A stretch of 64,000 nucleotides of DNA from Felis catus (Eukaryota), in NCBI RefSeq assembly GCF_018350175.1, contig NC_058368.1:140804001-140868000 (forward strand), given 5' to 3'. Shown here in pieces: positions 38,085 to 50,160 of the stretch. Position 1 is the stretch's first letter; the number at the start of each line of letters is the position of its first letter. The position numbers and the translations under genes are program-made. The notes under the pieces are model-generated. The model saw nothing but the letters and a program-made list of their open reading frames with translations. It did no database searches and was not told the origin of the DNA.

Positions 38085-41000
38085 CTTTTGCGGCCAAGGT
38101 AAGGTCACCTTTTAGAGAGGAAGCCCCATGGCAACTGCTTCCTGCCCTTGTTTGTGCTCCTCAACCCCTCCTCTCTGGCCCAAAGCCCTCCCCCCTCACA
38201 CTCCAACTACTAGATTTAGAAACCAGAATCTTCCACCTTGGTTTTTTTTTTTTTTTAATCTTCCAGCTGCATTCTGAAGAGATGAGGTAAGGAGAATGCT
38301 CTTATCTAAATTTCAGGGGATGGTGATGGGAGCAGTCTTCCTTCAGGGTGCTGGGGCAGTGAGGAGCCCTGGCTGGGAATCCCACAGGTCTGAGGAAGCC
38401 TCTGTGGCTGTGCGAATCCAGACTCAGGGCTTGGCAGGCATGTTCCTTATGAGGGAAAGCAGGAAGAACTGTAATTTATGATTCACAGCCCATAAATCTC
38501 TGAGTAAACAGAGTGGGAAGGCCCTGAGTCTGGCAAGAAACTGCTGGAGATAGATTCCCTCCCCTCTGTATGCCTCCTCGTGTGGTAAACATTAAGTACT
38601 TCTGGAACCAGATGCCCTGGGTTCAAATCCTCACTTCATTGCTGCAGCGACTTTGGGAAAGCTATGAAACCACTCTGTGCCTCAGCTTAAAGAGCTGTAA
38701 ACCAGGGCTAATAATTCCTCTTAAGATTTTTGAGGATGATGGGGTACCTGGCTAGCTCATTAGGTGGAGCGTGAGACTCTTGATCTCAGGGTCATGAGTT
38801 TAAGCCCTGTGTTAGGCATAGAGATGACTTAAAAAAAATTGTTTTTATTACATTTACTTATTTTTGAGAGACAGAGTGAGAGCACGAGCAAGGGAGGGGC
38901 AGAGAGAGGAGACACAGAATCCGAAGCAGGCTCCAGGCTCTGAGCAAGCATTCAGCAGAGCCCGATGCAGGGATCGAACCCACGAACCTTGAGATCGTGA
39001 CCTGAGCTGAAGTCGGACGCTTAACTGACTGAGCCATCCAGGCGCCCCAAAATGCATTCTAACTAGTATAGCCTATAAGAAATTCAAGTCCAAAGAAAGA
39101 GCAATAAAATTCATGATCTAATTTCTCCTCCCAGAAGTGTAAGTATACAAGTGATAGGCAAGTAGCTAGGCTATGCAAAACATTGGCATGTCACAGGAAG
39201 TTGTGGGTCTGTATTGTAGGTGAATGGAAGTAAAACAGTACTGATACCATTCTCAGGGATCTCAGGTCAGGGTTGAGGAAGTAGGCTTGGGAATTGGAAT
39301 TTTATAGCCTGAAGGTGAAACCATCATAGTAGATAAAATTCCCTGTGTTGACCACATAGAGCACTGGAGAATACCCACATTTAAAGGGCAGACATTAGAA
39401 GGCAAGATTCCTTCAGAGGCAAGGACACAGAGGAAGAAGAGTTAGAGGTTGGAGGGAAAGCCTCATGGTAAGAGATCATAGAAACAAAGAATAGAAGCCT
39501 TCAGAAGGCAGGAATGGGAAACAGTGTCAAATACAGCCAACCAGTATAGGACTTGCATATCTCAAATGAAATCTGGGGTTCCATACATCCTCTCTCTGAA
39601 ATGGATTCGTTAGATAAAAATTCTCTTGATCCATCCCATTCTTGTTTTTAATAATCAAACCTAGAGTCTCTCGAGGAAACTTCCTTACCTAAGGTTTTTA
39701 GAAAAAATAAAAATTGTTTATAATAAAATATAACTTCATGAGCTCCTAGGAACATCTTTTGTTGGTTTTTGCCTGCCATTTTCTTTAGCCAGTTTTTAAA
39801 AGGGCTTAATGGAAGTTCCTATCTATCCAGAATTTGAAGCAATAAAGATTTTGCTTGCTAAAAGACAGAACAGCCAGGACCGGTTTCAATGTGTCAGTCA
39901 TCTTTTGATAGGTATACAGAGGGTGGAGCCTCTCTCTTGAAGCAATCGAAATGAAGTTCCAAAAGTATGTGAAACTCCAGGGATTTCCAAGGGTCTTTCG
40001 TTCCTTCTCAGTCTTCAGCCATCTTCTCTTGCCAGTCAAATCATGGCACAGATTGGCTTAGGGAACGTCAGGCCAAGAATAAGGTGAGGGGAAATGGCTG
40101 ATTCCTCTGAGATCCACTGTGTTATCATCGTAGGGCAATGATAACCAGGGTGGAGGCTAATCATTCCCAAGTCTAAAAACATAAATTCTTCACAAGTAAC
40201 CTCTAAACTTTTATTTCAAAACTATATGTTTATAGGGGCGCCTGGGTGGCTCAGTCGGTTGAGCTTCCGACTTCGGCTCAGGTCATGATCTCACGGTCTG
40301 TGGGTTCGAGCCCCGCGTCGGGCTCTGTGCTGACAGCTCAGAGCCTGGAGCCTGCTTCCGATCCTGTGTCTCCCTCTCTCTCTGCCCCTACCCCGCTCTC
40401 ACTTTGTCTCACTCTGTCTCTCAAAAATAAATAAATGTAAAAAAAAAAAATTAAAAAAAAAAACCAAAAAACTATTTAAGTGAGTAAGTATGGGAGTTTT
40501 TCAACTCCTATTCCTTTACAGGGATGATACATAGGAAATGAACCTGCTAAGGCTATAGGCTGTAAAGAGAAATGTCTCAACTTGGTGGATATATAGAATA
40601 TAAAAAATCTAAAAAAATTTTCAATTGTAACCAGATGGTTTGCTTTGGCTAAAGAAAAGTAAACATTAGGGGCGCCTGGGTGTCTCAGTCAGTTAAGTCT
40701 CCAACTTCGGCTCAGGTCATGATCTCACGGTCAGTGAGTTCAAGCCCCACGTCAGGCTCTGTGCTGACAGCTCAGAGCCTGGAGCCTGTTTCAGATTCTG
40801 TGTCTCCCTCTCTCTGACCCTCCCCCATTCATGCTCTGTCTCTCTCTGTGTCAAAAATAAATAAACGTTAAAAATTAAAAAAAAAAAAAGTAAACATTAA
40901 AGCGTATGGTGTCCATGTATTGAGAGCCAAATTAAGGTAGGAGAAATATATCATTATTATATGAACTTGGGAGCTCAGAGTTGACTAAGATTAGGATATC

Positions 41001-42824
41001 TGAGCAACTTTTACCGCCACCAATCTATTTCTGAGCTGCTGGGAAAAGGAGGAGTTTGCTTGCTGAAAATGAGCAAATAACTTTGTTGGAGTCCAGGTCT
41101 TTTGGAGGCATTAAAGGTATTAAAGTCCCTCCTCCCCCCCCCCAAAAATGATGCAGGATCTTCACGCCCTGGACCCCATCCATCTCTGCTGGAAAGTGAG
41201 GAGTCTTCGTCACATGGAGGCAAACACCAAACTCCAGGGAATCTAGTGGTCTAGAAAGGTGCAACCATAATTAGGCTCTGCAGCTTGCCTAAGTTTGTAA
41301 CTTAACCTGAAACTGGCAAATCCAGTCTATCAGGCCTATTCTTTTTGGAGAGTCTGCTGCTTTCTGGACCAAGGGCAGGGCTCTATGGAGATTTTATCGG
41401 TTTAGCAGAGTCTGTCTTGAATGGGGCAAACCACTCAGGGTTCTTAATGGCAAACTATGGAAGTTGAGAGTAGCTGCTGAAACAGAAAAGGATTACATTG
41501 AAATAAACATGACTGGCTCTCAAAACTCTTGCAAGGGGCATCTGGGTGGCTCAGTCGGTTAAACATCTGATTCTTGGTTTTGGCTCAGGTCATGATCTCA
41601 CGGTTCGTGAGTTTGAGCCCCACATTGGGCTCAATGCTGACAGTGCAGAGCCTGCTTGGGATTCTCTCTCTCTCTCCCCTTCTCTCTCTGCCCCTGCCCC
41701 CCACCCCAATAAATAAATAAACTTAAAAAAATTTTTTTAACTCTTGTGAAAGCTGTAAGTAAACAATGCTTGAGGTGATTCTTCTAAGAATGATGTCCAA
41801 AACCACATGGCAGAATTGGCTGGATGAGAGAACTCCTCCCTCTGTGGCTGATAAGCACCAGAGGCCATTCATTGCCCTGTTTGACTTTACAGTCCTTGCT
41901 ACTTGCAGCCCCTATACATGCTGCGTCTATACCAGGAACTCTAACCTCATTTGTGGCAGAGAATAAAAAAGATGAGCTTCTGCTACTGAACAAATTTCAG
42001 AAACAGAAAACTTTTAGGGTTGCCATTTATTGGAGGAGGCTAGAATGGAGGGAGAAACCTTTCTCCCCGGGGACTCTGGGATGGGCCTTGCTCTCTCAGC
42101 TTCTCACTCTGGGAAGCTGGGGAGGGGCTGCTAGGAAGCTTTTGGAGTTCTGGGTTGTGAATCACAAAAACCGACAACTGAGAAATAAGTACTAATGCAC
42201 TTGAGTGAACTTTGGAAATCAGAGAAGTTTTATTAAGCAGACATTGCTTGGATGATGCTGAGGAGTGAGAAAGCCGTGCTGCTTTGTGATCCGAGGTGAT
42301 GTTTTCAGTATCAGAAACAGCGGTTTTCGGTTAAACTGTTAATTTTTTAAAAGCCCTGTAGTAACTCTATTAAGCTATTCAAGGAGGTCACTTGCAGCAT
42401 TGTTACTCCCCCTACATCTTCACTTCTGCTTTGTGGAGAAAGGTGCTGTGGAAAATGGGAAACAGTGCCCCCTCCTGTAAGAGTTTGTCCATTCTGAGAC
42501 CACATATGAGAATTTCCTTTTTTACGTGTGTATTTCTGAGAACTTATAATAGAAGGCACATATTTATTTACATTGCACCATTTTTCTGAAGAGTCATGTA
42601 ACAAAGACTAAAATTTTGGGGGCGCCTGGGTGGCTCAGTCAGTTAAGCGGCTGACTTAGGCTCAGGTCATGTGAGTTCAAGCCCCACATTGGACTGTCTG
42701 CTTTCAGCACGGAGCCTGCTTCAGACCCTCTGTCCCCTCTCTCTCTGCCCCTGCCCCATTCTCTCTCTCAAAAATAAATAAACGTTAAAAAAAAAAAGAC
42801 TAAACTTTTAACCAACAAGCTATA

Positions 42825-43186
42825 TAGATGTCTATTGTTTCATAACGATTTACCCAAAATTTTGCTTTAAATATGTATTATCTCATGTAGTTCCTGTGGA
42901 CAGGAATTTGAGAGCTATGTAGCTGCAGTTGTGGCTTGGGGTTTCCTAAAATGTTGTCATGCGGTCATGTGAAGGCTTGACTGTGGCTGGAGGATCCCCT
43001 TTTAAGGAGTCTCATCACATGCCTGGCAGGTTGGTGATGCTTGTTGGCTGAAGACCTCTGTTCTTTGCCACATGGATCTCTCTGCATGGGGCTTGTTGGG
43101 TGTCCTCACCACGTGGTAACTGACTTCCCCAGAGCATGTGATCTAAGAGGAAGCAAAGCAGAAGTCACAATGTCTTTTATGCCCTA

Positions 43187-43217
<31 letters not shown>

Positions 43218-43290
43218 TGAGAGAGAGAGAGAAAAAGAGAGTGCCTGTGAGTATGAGCGCAGTGCTCGAGGTAGGGGGAAGGGGCAGAGG

Positions 43291-43322
<32 letters not shown>

Positions 43323-43587
43323 ATCTCAAGCAGACTCCATGATCTCCAAGTTCAGCACAGAGCCTAACATGGGGCTCAGTCTCACCACCCTGGGATCATG
43401 ACCTGAGCAAAAATCAGGAGTCAAACTGAGCCACCCAGGCACCCCTTTTACGCCCTAGTACAAGTCACACACAATATCCTATTGGTAACACGGATCAGTG
43501 ATGCTCAGTGTGGGAGGGGACGAACACCAAGGGGTGAATACAGGAGACAAAAATCATTTTGGTGCCATTGTGAAGACTGGCTACCAG
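42825..43587. mobile_element. MaLR LTR (MLT1-like) interrupted by a SINE (about 43190-43445)
   Basis: Same MLT1 motifs (GAAGGCTTGACTGTGGCTGGAGGATCC) and end GAAGACTGGCTACCA; SINE TSD CTTTTA(T/C)GCCCTA. Confidence 0.7.
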
Positions 43588-44176
43588 TGGGACCTTGTTT
43601 CAGCATCCTGGCAGACAAGGACTGTGGTTTTGGCTGACATTGGAAGTGTAATTGTTGGGTTTCCTAATAGCTAGACGATAAACAAGCTGAGGTTCAGACC
43701 TGTGGAATAGATGCATGCCACTTGTCCAAACGCGTTCTATTCTACCTGCTTTTTTTTTTTTTCAGTCTAGTCATTGTGACTGGCTAAGGTTCACATCAAG
43801 ATTCACCCACCTCCTTTGGCCCCAGAATAAATTTGGGCAACCAACAAGCGTTAATATTCTGCTTACCCATCATGTAAAGAACTCTGTTTTAATCTCTATT
43901 TGCAGTGAAAGAATTTCCTTAGCTATCTTCTCCTAGTAATTATTTCAGTGTTTAACAGCCTTCATTGTTGGGAAGATTCTTGTTCCCTTCACTATGTTTA
44001 AGCTGTTCTTTGTGTGCAACAGTGACAAAAAGTCACAGCTTCTCTATCAGTAATCCTCCATATGCTCAGTGCCATTAAGTCACTTCTCTGGTGAAATAAT
44101 TGCAGTATTAACTTTTTTTCTCATGCTGACAAAGGTGGGGATTATGTAGGTGTATATACGTATATGCACACTTTTT

Positions 44177-44399
44177 CAACGTTTTTTTGTTCTTTTGTTT
44201 TTTTTATTTATTTTTGGACAGAGAGAGACAGAGCATGAACGGGGGAGGGGCAGAGAGAGAGGGAGACACAGAATCGGAAACAGGCTCCAGGCTCTGAGCC
44301 ATCAGCCCAGAGCCTGACGCGGGGCTCGAACTCACGGACCGCGAGATCGTGACCTGGCTGAAGTCGGACGCTTAACCGACTGCGCCACCCAGGCGCCCC
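44177..44399 (-). mobile_element. Young felid SINE
   Basis: TSD ATGCACACTTTTT at 44164-44176 and 44401-44413. Confidence 0.9.
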
Positions 44400-47300
44400 A
44401 ATGCACACTTTTTATTAAGGAAAGTCTCAACATAGAGACTCAAACATAGAGACTAAAAAGTAGACTAAAGAACTGCCATGTACCCAGCTGCCAGCTTCAC
44501 CGGTTAAAATGGACTCATGGCCAGTCTGGTTCAATGTCTTCTCTACCCACTTCCCACCAAACCACCTACCTCCCAGCCTCTGAATTATTTTGAAGCGAAT
44601 TGTAAAAATCTCCTCATTTCATCTGGGGAAAGAGGTGTTTGACTTGTAACAGAAAAAGGAGGATGTTATTTTTAAGTAATCTCTACACCCAGTGTGGGGC
44701 TTGAACTTGCAACGTCGCAATCAAGGGTCATATATTCCCCTGACTGAGCCAGCCAGCTGCTCCTAGAATTCCTCTTCTTTTTTACTGTTAGCTTTAGTCT
44801 TCAGGTAGAGGGCAAGATGACGTATCTTGAATTCAGCAGGTATTCAGCAGATATGATACACCTTGAACTCAGGGATGTAGGAGAGATCCTTAAAGGGAAA
44901 GAAAAGGGAAGAATCTTTCTGCAGTTCCTGGAGCAGAGACAGACTTTCCTGGCAGAAATGTGTGGCCAGTCTCCTAAGCCTGTTTTGTTTCTGGGTTGTT
45001 GTTTGTTTGTTTGTTTGTTTGTTTGTTTTGGACCACAAGGGTGAGGAGAAATGTGCAGTCACAGCTCTCCTTACAGTTCCTGGTTCCTCAAGGGACCCCT
45101 GCCCTTCACGTCATTGTCCTAATTGTTTTCAGAAGAATGAGAAACAGGACAGCCCCCCCCCACCCTCCACAGTGAACCCACGTGCTGATCCTTAAACCAA
45201 CTTTGGAATAAAAAACTTTGTCAAAGGAAAAGGAGTTCAAGGGCATTAATTTGAGGTTGTCCTTTTCCTCTCATGAAGGAGGAGGCCCACTTATGTACCT
45301 TATGGTTGGTTTGGTATTTAATAATGTATTTTTCAGTAATATTTGAGCATTTGTCCTGAATTATGTAATTTCTCACGGACTCTATATAGCACTGGGAAAA
45401 TATTTGCTGCTTAATAGTGTGTGTAAAAAGAGCTTTGCAAACTCGAAAGTGCCCGAGGAAAGCCAGTGGATAGTACAGCCAAAAATCTATATTTAGGTGG
45501 TTCAAATGCTTTGTCAACTCCATGATTTTTAAAACACTCCATTGCATATTTTTTTTTAGTTATAAAAGTAAAAAGAGCTATTACTGAAGATTTAAAATTA
45601 CCAAAACCAAGAATAACACATGTAGAAAAAAGAAAAAACCTCCTTCAAAAACGCCTATTAACATTTTTGCATAGTTCCTTTATCTTTTCTCTTGCATATA
45701 TAAACAAATGGCATAATCATTTTGAACCTAGAATTTTATATACTAAGTATTAAAATTCAACATTGCACCTTAAAAGACATTGCCTAATATGGAGATAGAT
45801 TATAATTTTAGATATTATACAATTATAATTGATATTTAATTGAAAATACAATTTAATGGCAGCATTGAAACTTTTCAAAAGCATCCATAATTCTATTAGA
45901 TAACTATTCAAACTATTCGTATTTTCCTTCTCTTCTACATGTATGCAGATTTTTTTCCATGACTGCACCCATATGGTTATTTTGCTACTGTCATTTATTG
46001 TGCTGGGAAAAATATTTTTGCATTTCTGTAGTTTTTCTTTTTTTTTTCTTTTTTCTGTTTTTTTTTTCTTCAGTCTTTCTAATTCCAATTTTAAATGGCT
46101 GCATAACTTTATGTATTTCTTTATTTTTGTCAGACACACATGGGTTTGAACGTCAGCATGCTGTAATCTAGTTATGTGCTTCTGGGAAAGTTTCTTTGAC
46201 TAGCTTTATTGAGTTATAATGGAGCACATAATAAAGCACACATTTATTTAAAAAAAAATTTTTTTTAACATTTATTTATTTTTGAGACAGAGAGAGACAG
46301 AGCATGAACGGGGGAGGGTCAGAGAGAGGGAGACACAGAATCTGAAGCAGGCTCCAGGCTCTGAGCCGTCAGCCCAGAGCCTGACGCGGGGCTCGAACCC
46401 ACGGACCGCGAGATTGTGACCTGAGCCGAAGTCGGCCGCTTAACCGACTGAGCCACCCAGGCGCCCCTAAAGCACACATTTAAAAGGTATATTTGGATAA
46501 ATTCTGACATGTGTACATCATCACCACGATCAAGACAATGACCATATCCATCACCCGCAAAAGTTTCCTCATGCTGCCTTGTAATCCCTCCCTCCCACAC
46601 GCATGTAATCATAGATTCCATCCATGTCATAGCTATGAAAATGTCAGACCATTTGAATCAGGTTGAATAAAAAGACAAGGGGCGCCTGGGTGGCTCAGTC
46701 GGTTAAGTGTCCAGCTTCAGCTCAGGTCATGATCTCACGGTTGGTCCGCTCAAGCCCTGCGTCAGGCTCTGTGCTGACAGCTTGGAGCCTGCAACCTGCC
46801 TCGGATTCTGTGTCTCCCTCCGTGCCCTACTCCTCACCGCCCCCCCTCCCCCCGCCCAGCTCACACTCTGTCTTTTGCTCTTTCTTAAAAATAAATAAGT
46901 ATTAAAAAAAATTTTTTTTAAAGGACAAAACTGGAAACTTTGCAAGGAGGCAATTTGGCCTCCTGCATAACTCTGGCCTTGACCCCAGAGGCAGAGCCTC
47001 CTAGGATTTTGTGGCAGGTTCAGCAGCCTGGGGGGCTGGGTGGTGTCCCAGTTAATATGATGGCCTATTTTTTTCACATATTTCCTTTCTTTTAGACTCC
47101 TGGGCCACGGCCTCACTTAAACCAACTCTCCTCTTTTTGCCTCCTACCTGTGGATTTGTACTTTTTTCCTCCAAAATAGCCCTTACTTGTAAACTCCCCC
47201 AGATCTGAAATTTCCATTTTTCTCATTCTTTGCACACCATCTTGGATGCACAATTATACCTTTTAGCCCTAAGGGTTATGACCCATGCCAGAGATTGAAA

Positions 47301-49141
47301 AGTAAAACGTAATAATGAATAGAATATGTAAAGGGACTTAAACAGATGTGTCTTCCTTGCCCACCCTGGGATTTCATGTCACTTGTAAATTTGCGTTCCT
47401 AGCCTGACAGAGTCCTTTTGACATTATCTTTGTTTCTGAAAGGCTCCTGGAGGGTGGAGGTTGAGGCTGGCTTACATCACAGATAAGCCCGCTGAAGGGC
47501 CAAGAGTCTTACACAATTTCAAGCGCATTCTGGGAATGAGAGTGTTTCCAGATGCAGTCCTACAGCCTGACGCTAAGGGGCAGCATGTACCAAAAGAAAT
47601 ATCTAGGTCTGCTAAAACCAAGCAGAAACCAAGTAGAAACCACCTTGTTTCTAAATCCCAAGAGCAAAGAAGACAGAGGTCACATTCTCATCTCTCGAAT
47701 CAGATTATAGCACGACAATTTTACATATATATTCCATTAAGAGTTTTGCCTGCCATCTGAATTCTCCAAGTTAATTCATTTGTGGTTGAATATGATTTAA
47801 ATATAATACTGCTGAGACATACGTGCTCTGTAAGACTTAATGCATTTATTAACTTCAGCAACTTAATCTGAAAGTATTTAATTCCAAATTCAAACTGCTT
47901 ACATTATTTGAAATGACTATTTTCTGTCTCTCCCTTTGATGAAACAAAAGTTTTTTATATGAAGTAAAGACAATCAAATCTTTAGACAATTAAACTAGAC
48001 AAGGCTGAAATCTTTGAAGATCTTAGTTTCCCACTATGGGTCTTTTGCTCATTAGTCCATCCACCAGCAAAGATTTCTGAGCATTCCCCTCCTATTGTTG
48101 GAATTGGTGCTAACATTTCAGAGATGAACCAGATATCAAATCTGCCATCAAAGGGCTCATTCATGGTCTGTAGAGTGGAGACTATATGAGCAGGCTAACA
48201 AAAAAAGTGACTACAGGAATGTGTGCTAAATGAAATGATAAAAACGATAAAGAGATGCTCCAGTGGATAAGAAGACAGGTGGGCATCTACCCAAGGTGGG
48301 AGTTTCAAAGTTGGGAAAGTGCTGGAAAACTTCCAAGAGGAGATATTTGAACTGAGCTTCAAAGAATAGACACACTGAGCTTTCCAGAATGTGCCAAGGC
48401 AAGGAAGAATGAGAGCACAGCATTTTGGTCAGTTTTTAGGCAAGGTGGGAATTTTGACCGCACAGGGGTGAGGGCCGTGATTGGGCTTTTGCTAAACTGG
48501 TCTGACAGCAGAATGGAAATGGGAATGGAGAACAGAAAGTAGAGAGAACAGAAAGGAAGCTACCTCTGTTTTGGTAATAGAGATCAAAATTATGAAGTCC
48601 CAAGGTGGGGAAGAATGGAGAGAAATGGGCGAGATCAACTGGTATTTAAACATAGTGACAGAAGTGGCACATGGGTGGCTCAGTCGGTTAAGCGTCCGAC
48701 TTCAGCTCAGGTCATGATCTTTCAGTTTGTGTGTTCAAGCCCCGCATCCGGCTCTGCAGTAACATCCGGGAGCCTTGAGCCTGCTTGGGATTCTGTGTCT
48801 CCCTCTCTATCTGCCCCTCCCTAGCTTGTGCTCTCGCTCTCTCTTGCTCGCTCTCTCTCTCTCAAAAATAAATAAACATTAAAAACAAAAAAAAAAAAAT
48901 GCTTTCCTTGGGGGGAGAGGCAGGATCATGATGCTGAGAAGCTCAGAGCCCCTTGCTTCAGCTCTCACCTCTGCCACAAGCTGTGTGATCCTGGGGTAGT
49001 TAGTCACCACAGTCTGTTTCCCCATCTGTATAAATGGGCTAACGTAGTACCTACTTAACAGAAAGTATTACATGAGTTCCAATATGTGCCTGCCACATAG
49101 TAAGTGCTATGTATGTGTCAGCTGCTATTATCCTTACAGGG

Positions 49142-49144
49142 AAA

Positions 49145-49199
<55 letters not shown>
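49142..49199. repeat. Compound A(n)(TA)n(CA)n microsatellite
   Basis: Directly visible. Confidence 0.95.
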
Positions 49200-49324
49200 A
49201 TTTATATAAGATACATATTATATATGTACCCTTACAAATAAATGTACATGATAGTCTCAGCATGTGGTACGCCTTGTTTTTTTCACTTAACGTATCTTAG
49301 AAATCTTTAAAAAAAATTTTTTTT

Positions 49325-49544
49325 TTTAAATTTTTTTTTTTTAACGTTTATTTATTTTTGAGACAGAGAGACACAGAGCATGAACGGGGGAGGGGCAGAT
49401 AGAGAGGGAGACACAGAATCGGAAACAGGCTCCAGGCTCTGAGCCATCAGCCCAGAGCCCGACGCGGGGCTCGAACTCACGGACCGCGAGATCGTGACCT
49501 GGCTGAAGTCGGATGCTTAACCGACTGCGCCACCCAGGCGCCCC
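49325..49544 (-). mobile_element. Young felid SINE in the tail of an older minus-strand SINE (about 49545-49792)
   Basis: Young-subfamily diagnostics; AAAAAATTTTTTT on both sides; outer element TSD GAAATCTTT. Confidence 0.88.
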
Positions 49545-50100
49545 TAAAAAATTTTTTTTAATGTTTATTTTTCAGAGAGAGACAGAGCATGATCGGGGGA
49601 GGGGCAGAGAGAGGGAGACACAGAATCCAAAGCTCGGGGGAGGGGCAGAGAGAGGGAGACACAGAATCCAAAGCAGGCTCCAGGCTCTGAGCTGTCAGCA
49701 CAGAGCCCGATGTGGGGCTTGAACCCACAAGCCGTGAGAGCATGACCTGAGGTGAAGCAGACACTTAACCAACTGAGCCACCCAGGTGCCCCTGGAAATC
49801 TTTTTATATCACTACATGGATCTATCCCAATCTTCACTAAAGTTGCATATTATTCCACTGGATGAATGTACCTACATATATTCAAATATTTATCAGGCAT
49901 TTTGGTTACACCAGGCCCTGTGTAAACGTGACAGATAAACCTTGCCCTTGGTGCAAATCTTGTTATTTTTATTGGGGTTGTGTTGCATACATAGAATTCA
50001 GAAAACATTGGCAGCTTTTTTATTTTGGGTCTTCCTACACAAGAACATTATAAGAAATGATTCTCACCTGAGTGTTGTCAAGTAATTTGTATCAGTTATT

Positions 50101-50160
50101 ATAACATAATATAATATAATATAATATAATATAATATAATATAATATAATATATAATAAT
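50101..50160. repeat. (ATAAT)n microsatellite
   Basis: About 11 pentamer units. Confidence 0.95.

Noticed and set aside
3578..42073. Additional perfect EBF-type TCCCNNGGGA sites at 3578-3587 and 42064-42073
   Set aside because: About one such 8-bp match is expected by chance in 64 kb, and these are isolated with no supporting context.
34640..47760. Possible upstream non-coding exons or promoter of S100Z in unique stretches near 34.7-35.2 kb and 47.4-47.7 kb
   Set aside because: Plausible by position, but no boundaries can be supported without transcript or alignment data.
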